The notes under the pieces: model-generated
The model's input: the letters and a program-made list of their open reading frames with translations, nothing else
Told to the model about the DNA's origin: nothing
The model's database searches: none
Shown: positions 19,143 through 27,438 of the stretch, in pieces
Numbering within the stretch: the first letter of the stretch is position 1
How the letters are laid out: every line of letters begins with the position of its first letter
Position numbers and translations under genes: made by a program
From: Chloroflexota bacterium
GTDB taxonomy: Bacteria; Chloroflexota; UBA6077; JACCZL01
Direction: 5' to 3'
Assembly (NCBI GenBank): GCA_038318015.1
Contig: JBBQBU010000002.1
Span: forward strand, 1-37,279
Length of the DNA stretch: 37,279 nucleotides

Positions 19143-19649
19143 TGGCGGAGCGTCGGATGGCGGCCCGGGCGACGAGGGATCCGTGGAACGCCGTGCCGCG
19201 GGTGCGGCCAGCGGCCTGCGGCGCGAGATTGAGCGGAACCGTTGCCAGCCAGCCGCGACAAGGCACACCGCCAGCGCCGACGCCGTGTCCAGCGCGACAT
19301 CGGTCAGGCGCGGCTCGCGCGTCGGCGTCAGCGACTGGCGTAGCTCGTCCAGGCCGCCGAACAGGCCGCAGGCGACAACCGTCGTGATGGCCGCCGCGCC
19401 GAGGGACAGACGCAGGCCGCCGTAGCTGCCGATGAGGGCGCGCAGCAGGAGAAGCGCCAATACGCCGTACTCGACGACGTGCGCCAGTTTCGCCAGCGTG
19501 AAGGTCGTGCGAATCGTCTCGCCGGTCTGAGGGTTCGTCCGCACCGGCAGATCAGACCTGCTGGACAGCCAGAGGATCAGCGACATCCAGGCCAGGACCG
19601 GCAGCCACGCCCAGCACAGCCGCGCGCATCGGCGCACTACGCCGACCAT
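19110..19649 (-). CDS. VanZ-like family membrane protein
   Basis: MVGVVRRCARLCWAWLPVLAWMSLILWLSS...KLAHVVEYGVLALLLL...GGLDELRQS is a VanZ-like pattern. The tail PRPRTGEGIGG is encoded by the repeat element. Confidence 0.7.
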   Translation of the reverse strand: MVGVVRRCARLCWAWLPVLAWMSLILWLSSRSDLPVRTNPQTGETIRTTFTLAKLAHVVEYGVLALLLLRALIGSYGGLRLSLGAAAITTVVACGLFGGLDELRQSLTPTREPRLTDVALDTASALAVCLVAAGWQRFRSISRRRPLAAPAARRSTDPSSPGPPSDAPPRPRTGEGIGG

Positions 19650-19687
19650 CCGCGCAGTGCCGTGTGAGAAACGGGCATCCGGTCGGC

Positions 19688-20665
19688 TCAGCCGACCGGC
19701 GCGGTGCTCGTGGGATACACGGCGATGATTCGCCGTAGCGCCTCGTCCAGCGTGGTATCCGGGGTGTAGCCGATGGTGGCGCGCAATTTCGAGACATCCG
19801 GCACCCGCCGGCGCATATCCTCGAAGCCCTCGCTATACGCCTCGGAGTAGGGGACGTAGACGATCTCCGAAGTGCTGCCGGTCAGCTCGATGACCCGCTG
19901 CGCCAGGGCCGAGATCGAGATTTCAGCGTGCCGGCCGACGTTGTAGACATCGCCCCAGGCCGAATCTGTTTCGGTCAGCGCGATCACCGACTTCACCACG
20001 TCGCCGACGTATGTGAAGCAGCGGGTCTGCACGCCGTCGCCGTACACTGTCACCGGCTCGTTGCGGAGCGCCTGCCCGATGAAGCGCGGCACAACCATGC
20101 CGTAGCGGCCGGTCTGGCGTGGGCCAATCGTGTTGAAGAAGCGCACGGCGATGGTCGGTAGCTTGCGCTCCTGCCAGTACGCCGCCGCCAGCGCCTCGTC
20201 GGCGGCCTTCGCTGTGGCATAGAACCAGCGGCTCAACTGGCTGGAGCCCATGATGCGGTCGTCGTCTTCCCGCAGCGGGCCGCTGTCGTTCTTGCCGTAC
20301 ACCTCAGATGTGGAGGCGATCAGGACCGGCTTCCGGTACTTGTCGGAGGCCGTCAGCACAATGTCGGTGCCGCGCAGGTTGGTTTCCAGCGACTTCAACG
20401 GATGCTCAAGCACCCACTTGACGCCGACTGCTGCCGCCAGGTGGTACACCAGATCCGCGTCGGCGATAGCGGCGTCCATCAGCGGCTCGTTGAGCACGCT
20501 GTCGATCGTCACGCGCAGCCGGGGATTGTCTTCCTGGAGTGCGAGGTTCGCCCTGACGCTCGTCGTCAACGAGTCGATGATGTGGATGTCATGGCCGCGC
20601 GCCAACAACTCTTCAACCAGGTGGGAGCCGATGAAGCCGGCTCCACCCGTTACCAGCACCTTCAT
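19688..20665 (-). CDS. NAD-dependent NDP-sugar epimerase/dehydratase (extended SDR)
   Basis: Start at ATG 20665 (MKVLVTGGAGFIGSHLVEELL), overlapping the upstream TGA (ATGA). YATAK catalytic motif. The upstream 200 codons of the track ORF are an R-rich shadow. Confidence 0.88.
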   Translation of the reverse strand: MKVLVTGGAGFIGSHLVEELLARGHDIHIIDSLTTSVRANLALQEDNPRLRVTIDSVLNEPLMDAAIADADLVYHLAAAVGVKWVLEHPLKSLETNLRGTDIVLTASDKYRKPVLIASTSEVYGKNDSGPLREDDDRIMGSSQLSRWFYATAKAADEALAAAYWQERKLPTIAVRFFNTIGPRQTGRYGMVVPRFIGQALRNEPVTVYGDGVQTRCFTYVGDVVKSVIALTETDSAWGDVYNVGRHAEISISALAQRVIELTGSTSEIVYVPYSEAYSEGFEDMRRRVPDVSKLRATIGYTPDTTLDEALRRIIAVYPTSTAPVG

Positions 20666-22515
20666 CGGGCACCAACTCCAGCGGGCTGCGTCTCGCTGGC
20701 AATCTGCGAGCGGAAGAACGCCCCGACATCCCGGAACGCGATGCCGCGCTTCCGACACTCGGAGAGCATATCGCCGTCGTACTGATTCGTCGTCAGCACC
20801 ACTTCCTCGATCTGCTCGCGCTCGATCACCTCGCCCAGCGACGACGACGGCCCAAGTATGCGAACTCCATGGATTGATCGGTCTCGCATGTCGCGGTCGT
20901 CGTCGAGAAACCCGACGACGCGATAGGCGCGCGTGCGGCTGCGGGACATCGCACGCAACACCAGTTCGCCAGTGTCGCCGGCCCCGACAATCAAGACCCG
21001 CACCAGATCCCTCCGCCGCAAGCGTGCCAGCACGTCGCGGATCAGGCCAAACGACATCCGCGCACTGATGAGCAGCGCGGTCACGACCATCCAGTCTACG
21101 AGCAAGACGGTGCGCGGCGCACCACCGTCGCCTCGGAAGGCCAGTTGAATCGCGCCGGCCGCCAGCATCGAGCCGACCGAGCTTGCCAGGGCCACGCGGA
21201 GCATGTCGCTGGTGCCCATGTATCGCCAGATGCTGCGGTAGACGCCCATCGCGAACAGGGACACGAGTTTGATACTTACGATCCACGGCAGGATTGTCGC
21301 GAACTGCTCGACGAAGTGGCGTTCAAGGGTGCCGTCAAAGCGCAACAGGTAGGCTGCCAGCAGGCCCAGGCAGATCAGCGTCAGGTCCAGCACCATCTCG
21401 GCAAGTTGCCGCTTGTACAGCCAGGAACCGCCGAGCACCAGTTTGCCGACGATACCCGGCTGCGACTGGATGCGCTCAAAGTCTGACTGGGTGTAGATGC
21501 GGACCTGCCCGAGATAGATGCCGAAGAAGCCGATGCCGAGGATGAGCAGCGACCCCAACAGGATCGTGACCGGGCCGCTGACGAAGTTCGAGGCGATGGC
21601 GAGGCTGCCGAACAGAATGCTGACGGCGTAGAGCACCAGCACCGCCGACCGGTCGTTCAGGCCGAGGGCCACGAGACGGTGCGACAGGTGGTCGCGCCCG
21701 CCCATCGAGATCGGGCGGTGGTGCAGCGAGCGGACAATGGTCACCAGCGAGGTGTCGAGGATCGGCAGGGCCATCACGCCGACCGGCACCAGCAGCGTCA
21801 GCGCCAGTTCAGAGCCGGCCTTCGCCGCGCCCAGCACCACGATGCCGCTGAGCAGGTACCCGACTAGCAGGCTGCCGCAGTCGCCCATGAAGATGCGGGC
21901 GGGGTTGAAGTTGAAGATCAGGAAGCCGCCGCATGCGCCGGCGATCACGATGCAGAGCAGTGCCGTCTGATGGTCGCCCTGCAAGAAGTTGAAGACGAAC
22001 AGCGTGGACGAGACGATCGTGCCGATGCCCGCAGACAGCCCGTCCATGTTATCGAGCAAGTTGAAGGCGTTGGTGACGGCGACGATCCAGAAGATCGTCA
22101 GCGGCACCATCAGCACCGACCAGGGCATGTACCGGGTGATCGGCAGGCTGGCGACCAGCACGCACGCCGCCACAATCTGCCCGAGCAGTTTGGCGTACGG
22201 CGGCAGCGGCTTGATGTCGTCGAAGAGGCCGAGCGCGAAGATCAGGACTGCGCCGATCAGCAGCGCCGCGAACCGGTCCAGCATGTGCGCCGAGACGGCC
22301 TCGGCTATCACCATGACCACCGGCACGCTGCCGACGAAGATGGCGATGCCGCCGAGCAGCGGCGTCGGCTGGCGGTGCCAGCGGTCGCGCTTCGGGTATG
22401 CGACCAGGCCGATACGCCCGGCGATGCGCCCGGCGACCGGCGTCATGACCGTGGCGATGCCGAGCGCAAGCAGCCCGGAGAGCAGATGGATCAGGACGAA
22501 CGGCTGACTGCTCAT
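20662..22515 (-). CDS. Polyprenyl-phosphate HexNAc-1-phosphate transferase (WecA/MraY family, Glycos_transf_4) fused to a WbaP/PglF-type TM plus Rossmann-like (CoA_binding_3-like) module
   Basis: N-terminal half carries LFDDIKPL, NAFNLLDNMDGL and FMGDCGS motifs. C-terminal half: SIKLVSLFAMGVYRSIWRYMG...VRVLIVGAGDTGELVLRAM...YRVVGFLDDD. One uninterrupted 617-aa ORF. Confidence 0.8.
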   Translation of the reverse strand: MSSQPFVLIHLLSGLLALGIATVMTPVAGRIAGRIGLVAYPKRDRWHRQPTPLLGGIAIFVGSVPVVMVIAEAVSAHMLDRFAALLIGAVLIFALGLFDDIKPLPPYAKLLGQIVAACVLVASLPITRYMPWSVLMVPLTIFWIVAVTNAFNLLDNMDGLSAGIGTIVSSTLFVFNFLQGDHQTALLCIVIAGACGGFLIFNFNPARIFMGDCGSLLVGYLLSGIVVLGAAKAGSELALTLLVPVGVMALPILDTSLVTIVRSLHHRPISMGGRDHLSHRLVALGLNDRSAVLVLYAVSILFGSLAIASNFVSGPVTILLGSLLILGIGFFGIYLGQVRIYTQSDFERIQSQPGIVGKLVLGGSWLYKRQLAEMVLDLTLICLGLLAAYLLRFDGTLERHFVEQFATILPWIVSIKLVSLFAMGVYRSIWRYMGTSDMLRVALASSVGSMLAAGAIQLAFRGDGGAPRTVLLVDWMVVTALLISARMSFGLIRDVLARLRRRDLVRVLIVGAGDTGELVLRAMSRSRTRAYRVVGFLDDDRDMRDRSIHGVRILGPSSSLGEVIEREQIEEVVLTTNQYDGDMLSECRKRGIAFRDVGAFFRSQIASETQPAGVGAR

Positions 22516-23687
22516 GCGGCCAGCCCCTTTGCGCGTGCCAACTCCAGATAGAGCCGTTCGATGTCCGCGATGAGGCGGCCGGACGAGTGGCGCGGATAGA
22601 CAGCCTTGCGACCGGCCAGCCCGAACGCCGTCGCCTGCTCAGGGTTGCGGAGCAATTGTAGCAGCGCGTCAGCGAAGGCGTCCGCATCGCCGGCGGGCAC
22701 CAGCAAGCCGCTCTCGCCGTCGTGGACCACGTCTGGCACGCCGCCGACGCGCGTCGAAACGACGGGCCGCGCCGCCGCCATCGCCTCGATGAGTGCAACG
22801 GGCGAGCCTTCGTTGTTGGAGCAGAGCGCCGCCACGTCCAGATCCGCGTTCACTTCGCGCATATCTTCTCGCCAGCCCAGGAACCGCGTCGCGTCCGCAA
22901 TGCCGAGCGACCGTGCTAGCTGCTCTAGCTCGGCGCGCCGCTCACCATCCCCTACGATAAGGAACGTGGTGTTGGGCATTGCGGCCCGGACTTTCGCGGC
23001 GGCCGTGAGGAAAACCTCATGTGCCTTGATGGGAACGAGACGCGCGACGATCCCGACGAGGCGCTGGTCGGCCCCGATGCCTAGTTCGGCGCGCAATTGG
23101 CCGCGATACTGCTCGGCCTGAAGCAGCGGCTCGATCTCCAGCCCCAGCGGGACCGTCTGGATCTTGTGCAGCGGCGCAACGCCATATTTCGCGATGTCGG
23201 CGCGCTGGGCGTCATTGACGGCGATCACGCGGTCGGTCACCGCCCCAAGCGTGCGCTCGATCTGCAAGAAGACTGCCGACTTGACCGGCCCCCAGTAACT
23301 GTGAAACGTGTGCCCGTGAAAGGTGTGCACGATGATCGGCACGCGCGCCAGCTTCGCGGCCAGCCGGCCAGCCGTGCCCGCCTTCGCCATGTGGGTGTGG
23401 ACGATGTGCGGGCGGCTCTGGCGGATCAGCCGGTACATGGCGAGGGTCACGCGCAGATCGTTGACCGGGCTGACCTCACGGCCAAGCTCGCGGAGGACGC
23501 GCGGCTGAACGCCATGGTTGTCGGCCAATTGCCGCATCGATCCCTCGTGCGGACCTTCGACACCCGTCACCAGCTCTGACGAGAAACGGTCGTTCTGGAG
23601 ACCCTGTGTCAGCAGGATCGTGTGGATCGCCGGGCCGCCAATGTTCAGTCGCGTGATGGCCCGAAGGACCCGCAGCTTCTCCGGCAT
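22512..23687 (-). CDS. Glycosyltransferase, GT4 family (GT-B fold)
   Basis: Start at ATG 23687 (MPEKLRVLRAITRLNIGGPAIH, a typical GT4 N terminus). C-terminal ...SNNEGSPVALIEAMAAARPVVSTRVGGVPDVV (EX7E-type). Its stop overlaps the next ATG. Confidence 0.85.
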   Translation of the reverse strand: MPEKLRVLRAITRLNIGGPAIHTILLTQGLQNDRFSSELVTGVEGPHEGSMRQLADNHGVQPRVLRELGREVSPVNDLRVTLAMYRLIRQSRPHIVHTHMAKAGTAGRLAAKLARVPIIVHTFHGHTFHSYWGPVKSAVFLQIERTLGAVTDRVIAVNDAQRADIAKYGVAPLHKIQTVPLGLEIEPLLQAEQYRGQLRAELGIGADQRLVGIVARLVPIKAHEVFLTAAAKVRAAMPNTTFLIVGDGERRAELEQLARSLGIADATRFLGWREDMREVNADLDVAALCSNNEGSPVALIEAMAAARPVVSTRVGGVPDVVHDGESGLLVPAGDADAFADALLQLLRNPEQATAFGLAGRKAVYPRHSSGRLIADIERLYLELARAKGLAA

Positions 23688-23731
23688 GATCCCTCGACGG
23701 AAGCGGTCACGCCCGTCCGGCGCGCGTGCAG

Positions 23732-23760
23732 AGTATATAGGTGGACCGCCCATTTCTCAA
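23732..23760 (-). promoter_or_regulatory. Sigma-70-like promoter candidate for the glycosyltransferase operon (TTGAGA-17 nt-TATACT)
   Basis: On the minus strand: -35 TTGAGA (23760-23755), 17-nt spacer, -10 TATACT (23737-23732). The -10 end lies 44 nt upstream of ATG 23687. Confidence 0.4.
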
Positions 23761-23820
23761 AGGAGACGCGCAACCGGCCATCGCAAGCACCGCCGGGCCG
23801 GGTGCGGCGGGCGTGGCAAC

Positions 23821-23860
23821 CCCCACCCCCGACCCCCTCTCCCGCAAGCGGGAGAGGGGA
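23821..23860. repeat. GC-rich palindromic element, intergenic copy
   Basis: ccccacccccgaccccctctcccgcaagcgggagagggga. Near-identical left arm and core to 12487-12527. Confidence 0.8.
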
Positions 23861-23997
23861 GACGTCAGCCCCCGATGTGTGCCGGACGCGGGAGCGAGCG
23901 GCATGGCCTCGTAGGGGCGAATCGCTGCTTCGCCCGCCGCGCACGGGTCGCCCGCTGTACCGGGAATACACGCTTGGCCGGGCCGTACGTTGGTGGG

Positions 23998-24282
23998 TCA
24001 GGCGTGGGTGTGACGCTCAGCGCGCTCGGCCCGGCGGTAAAGGGACTGCACCATGCCTGCGCGAATCGCCATCGTCCAGGTGAGCGTGGCGTCAATCTCG
24101 GCGTCGGTGGCCCCGGCCCGCTTCGCCCCGGTGATGCGGCGCTGGGTGCACGGCTCACAGTTGCCAATCAAGACGACTGCGATGCCGATCAGCGCCTTCG
24201 TCTTATGGTCGAGCGCGTCGTTGTCGCGGCAGTTGGCGTACCACTGCTCAAACTGGTCAAAGAGGGACGGATCGTCTGCCAT
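23998..24282 (-). CDS. Carboxymuconolactone decarboxylase family protein (AhpD-like)
   Basis: 94 aa. ...LDHKTKALIGIAVVLIGNCEPCTQRRITGAKRAGATDAEIDATL... has the CxxC of AhpD-like CMD domains. Confidence 0.8.
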   Translation of the reverse strand: MADDPSLFDQFEQWYANCRDNDALDHKTKALIGIAVVLIGNCEPCTQRRITGAKRAGATDAEIDATLTWTMAIRAGMVQSLYRRAERAERHTHA

Positions 24283-24406
24283 AGCGGTCTCCGCTCCTGA
24301 TGCTGGTGTGTTCGATGGCGCGTCGCGAGTGGGCCGACCGTGGCCGGGTCGGTCACGCCAGTATACCGATGTGCGCGGATCGGCCGAATCTGTGGCGCGC
24401 TGCGAA

Positions 24407-25318
24407 CTAGCGGAAGACGGGCTGCGTCCAGAGTTGGCGGCCGTCTGTTGCCGTCGCGCGGATGCGGGCGTAGCCGCTGACGGCCGACAGCTTGAAGGCG
24501 GCGCGCTGGCCGTCCACCTTGTCGAGGACCACGCCGCCGGTCCCGATCAGTTCAATCGTCGCGGTGTCGCCCGCCAACTCAAGGCTGACCTCGGTGGCTG
24601 TCACATCGTAAGCTGCCAACTCCAGCCCCGACGAGCCGTAGAAGCGCCCGATGCGAAGGGCGCTCAGCACGTCGCCCAGGCGCGCCGTGTCGGCCTCCGC
24701 CTGGAGCCAGCCCCGGCCAGGGTTCGCGTACTCATCGCCCCAGCGCTGGAAGTGGTGGGCATCGTCGGAGGCTACGCCCCAGACCTGTCGCCCGGAGCTG
24801 AGCAGGGCGTCCCAGATCGCTTCGGTAGACGGATGCATCTCGTCGCCCATGTTCTGCACGACGTTGTGCCCGTTCGCCACTTCGACCATGCCGAAGTCAC
24901 CGGACGCCATCAGATCCTCAATGGACAGGGTGAACAGGTAGTTGGGGTGGTTGACGTGCGGGACTGCGCCTTGCGCCAGAATGCGCTCGATGGCCCAGCG
25001 GACGCGCTCGGAGTGGCCCTCCGTCACCTCGGCCTCGTACATGCTGCTGCCCGGCCACGGCGGCGCGATCAACTCCTTCAGGCCCAGGCCGTTGACGTGG
25101 ACGGCGGCCATCGTCACTTCCTCGCCCTGCCAGACGGGCATGGTGCCGCGCTGGAGCCGCGCGAGGTGGTCATCGGGAATCAGGATATTGTGGTCGGTCA
25201 GGAAAAGGAAGTCGTAGTTGTGCGCTTCATACCAATCGACCACCGTCTCGGGCGGACTGTCCCCGTCGCTGTACTTGGTGTGGGTGTGGGTGTTCCCCTT
25301 TTGCCAGCGCCGTGCCAT
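24407..25318 (-). CDS. PHP-domain / CehA-McbA-type metal-dependent phosphoesterase
   Basis: MARRWQKGNTHTHTKYSDGDSPPETVVDWYEAHNYDFLFLTDHN (His-rich PHP motif I). ATG 25318 is preferred (GAGGA upstream) over the TTG at 25351. Confidence 0.72.
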   Translation of the reverse strand: MARRWQKGNTHTHTKYSDGDSPPETVVDWYEAHNYDFLFLTDHNILIPDDHLARLQRGTMPVWQGEEVTMAAVHVNGLGLKELIAPPWPGSSMYEAEVTEGHSERVRWAIERILAQGAVPHVNHPNYLFTLSIEDLMASGDFGMVEVANGHNVVQNMGDEMHPSTEAIWDALLSSGRQVWGVASDDAHHFQRWGDEYANPGRGWLQAEADTARLGDVLSALRIGRFYGSSGLELAAYDVTATEVSLELAGDTATIELIGTGGVVLDKVDGQRAAFKLSAVSGYARIRATATDGRQLWTQPVFR

Positions 25319-25461
25319 CGGCTCGGTCCTCGGTTTCGGTGGCGTCGGCAATGCGTCGCTCCACGATCACCGCGCCGTGAGGGTACAGGACGGTGCGCTG
25401 TGGTTCCCAGCCAGCGGCCGGTGTGCAGGCGGCCCACTCGGAGGGCAGCGGCGGAGCAGGG

Positions 25462-25501
25462 CAAAAAGAAACGCGACCGTGTTGGGAGTCCACGGTCGCG
25501 T
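25462..25501 (-). terminator. Rho-independent terminator-like hairpin plus U tract (minus strand)
   Basis: Minus-strand reading: acgcgaccgtg-gactcccaa-cacggtcgcgt followed by tttcttttt. 11-bp perfect stem. Confidence 0.65.
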
Positions 25502-25551
25502 CGGACACCAGTGGGGGAGGGCCACTGACGATCCCAGGCTTCCTGGGGAGC

Positions 25552-25586
25552 GGGGCCGCTGTCGGCTCGGCTCCGACAGCGGCCCC
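25552..25586. other. Perfect 14-bp stem, 7-nt loop hairpin in non-coding DNA
   Basis: ggggccgctgtcgg-ctcggct-ccgacagcggcccc, read directly. Confidence 0.7.
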
Positions 25587-25841
25587 ACACAGAAGGGGAT
25601 GGCGTCAGTATGGGGCCTCCGCTCGCCGGCGAATACGGGCAGACTCGCCAATGTTGACGCGGATGGCGTTGTGCACTCCGCACGAATATGCAGGCCATGG
25701 AAGGCGCTTTGCCGCGCTGACGGTGAGTGCCGTCGTACAGAGTGCCTGAGGCAGCGATTCTGGCGACGATGGACGTGGCGTCCAGCAGCCACCAATGACA
25801 CGCGGCAAGATGCCGATGCCGATGCCGGCCGCATGGGTTGG

Positions 25842-26444
25842 CTAGTGGGCCGACCGGAACCAGCCGAACGCCTGCCCCGATGTTTGAGGCTCCGCCGGCT
25901 CCTCGCCGAGGGCGGCGGCAAGGTCAGGCGGGAACTGAGCCAGAATCCAGGCCGCGTCAAGCAGCGGCCGGCGGTAGTCGCCGCCGCCGTAGTTGACGTA
26001 ATCGAGCGTCTTGACATCCATCGGCAGGTTCGCTTCCATCGGGAAATAGCAGTTGTGCCGCACGATCAGCTCGTTGATCGGCTCCAACTTGACCCCTGCG
26101 ACGTGGCGCTGCCATGCGGTCGCGAAGCGCGCACGGTCGCCGCGTGCCTTTTTCGCCAGTTCGTGCCAGTCGTGGTCGAGTTGCGCCGTGGCGGAGGCGG
26201 TCAGGTCGTAGATGCGCTTCAGGCGGCGCGACCAAGCCGGCGCGCCGCCAATCGCCAGCGCCCGCACCTGATCCGTGACGGAGACCAGAGAACTGGGGAT
26301 GTGCTCGCTCAGGCCGTTCTCTTTACTGGCTTGGGGCGGCTCCAGGGCGATGCGCGCCTCTTCCTCATTTTGCCGGCGGGTCATGCGCCGGCGGGACAGC
26401 CGCGCGGCGGATAGTGAGCCGAAGATCTCACTTAACTCTTCCAT
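25842..26444 (-). CDS. Hypothetical protein (200 aa), no family recognised
   Basis: ORF with coding-like composition. Start placed at ATG 26444 (MEELSEIFGSL...). No Shine-Dalgarno seen, so the start is uncertain. Confidence 0.55.
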   Translation of the reverse strand: MEELSEIFGSLSAARLSRRRMTRRQNEEEARIALEPPQASKENGLSEHIPSSLVSVTDQVRALAIGGAPAWSRRLKRIYDLTASATAQLDHDWHELAKKARGDRARFATAWQRHVAGVKLEPINELIVRHNCYFPMEANLPMDVKTLDYVNYGGGDYRRPLLDAAWILAQFPPDLAAALGEEPAEPQTSGQAFGWFRSAH

Positions 26445-26854
26445 GCCGACAGGATACCGAGGATGCGGTCGCCAGGAAAAGGGAAATTGCCCCGTGCCCC
26501 AGGTGCCCACAGGCGAACATCAGGCGGCCAGTATCACCATCGCGGTCGCGTAGATATTCGTGACGACGTGTGCGACCGCGCTGCTGGCTGGTGCCGCCGT
26601 ATCGCGGCGCCGCTAGTCAGGGGCTATCAGGTTCAGCTGCCCGAGTTCTTCCGGTGAGGTCCGCACCGAAACAGAGGGCAAGGCGCGCGCCAACCATCCC
26701 GTTCGGCAGGTCGGCGGGCGGCAGCGTGTGCACTGTCTACGGACGCGGACCGGCGAGATGGCGCGGACACGACCAAGCGGGACGGATAGCGGGCTTGACA
26801 GGGTCAGCGCGGCGCGGACGAACGGGGTATGGGTGTTTGCCTGCGCGAGCGGGC

Positions 26855-27322
26855 CTAGCTCTGGCCGTTCAGGCGCGCTGCCCGCAGCCGGCGGTTGACC
26901 ACCTCGTCGAGTTTGCCGGCGAACTTCCCACGATCTTTCGGGCCGAGCGGTGGCGGGCCGCCCCCGTACGCGCCGTACCCCCGGAGGTATTGCGCCACCT
27001 CACGGCTCGCCAACATGCCGCCGAGCGCCTCCGGCGTGAACTCGTTGCCGCGAAAGTCGATGCAGATGGCCCCGACATCGACGACGCGCCCGGCCAACGG
27101 AATGTCCGCCGTGGTCACAATGTCGGCGGCTGTCGTGGCCTCCGCGATCCAGTCGTCAACGGCGTCAAGGCCCCCGGGGACGTGGACGAACGAGACATCT
27201 GCCTGATCGGGCATCCGCATTGGCGCGTTGGCGACCACGAGCACTGACAGCGAGTATCGGGCGGCGACCCGGTAGATCTGCTCCTTGACTGGGCAGGCGT
27301 CGGCATCGACCAGGATTCTCAC
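26855..27322 (-). CDS. YaiI/YqxD family protein (DUF188, UPF0178)
   Basis: GTG 27322 gives VRILVDADACPVKEQIYRVAARY..., the canonical family N terminus. ...DIVTTADIPLAG... is also typical. Confidence 0.78.
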   Translation of the reverse strand: MRILVDADACPVKEQIYRVAARYSLSVLVVANAPMRMPDQADVSFVHVPGGLDAVDDWIAEATTAADIVTTADIPLAGRVVDVGAICIDFRGNEFTPEALGGMLASREVAQYLRGYGAYGGGPPPLGPKDRGKFAGKLDEVVNRRLRAARLNGQS

Positions 27323-27438
27323 GCTGCACCCGCTCGGCGGGACACGTGGGAAGGCCGCCGCTGAGACCAGAGCAGAAGGCGCATGGCGGGAGTGTACCGC
27401 CCCAGGCAACCGGTCGCGCCACTCTGACGGGCAAACGG

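Noticed and set aside
25521-25527. GCCACTG, identical to the B12-box core of cobalamin riboswitches
   Set aside because: It is on the plus strand, where no downstream gene exists. The surrounding sequence lacks the other conserved cobalamin-riboswitch segments, and a 7-mer is expected by chance.
25605-25808. 67-codon minus-strand ORF in the structured intergenic region
   Set aside because: No Shine-Dalgarno, no recognisable motif, and third-position GC is lower than in neighbouring genes. Not reported as a gene, though a small protein cannot be excluded.
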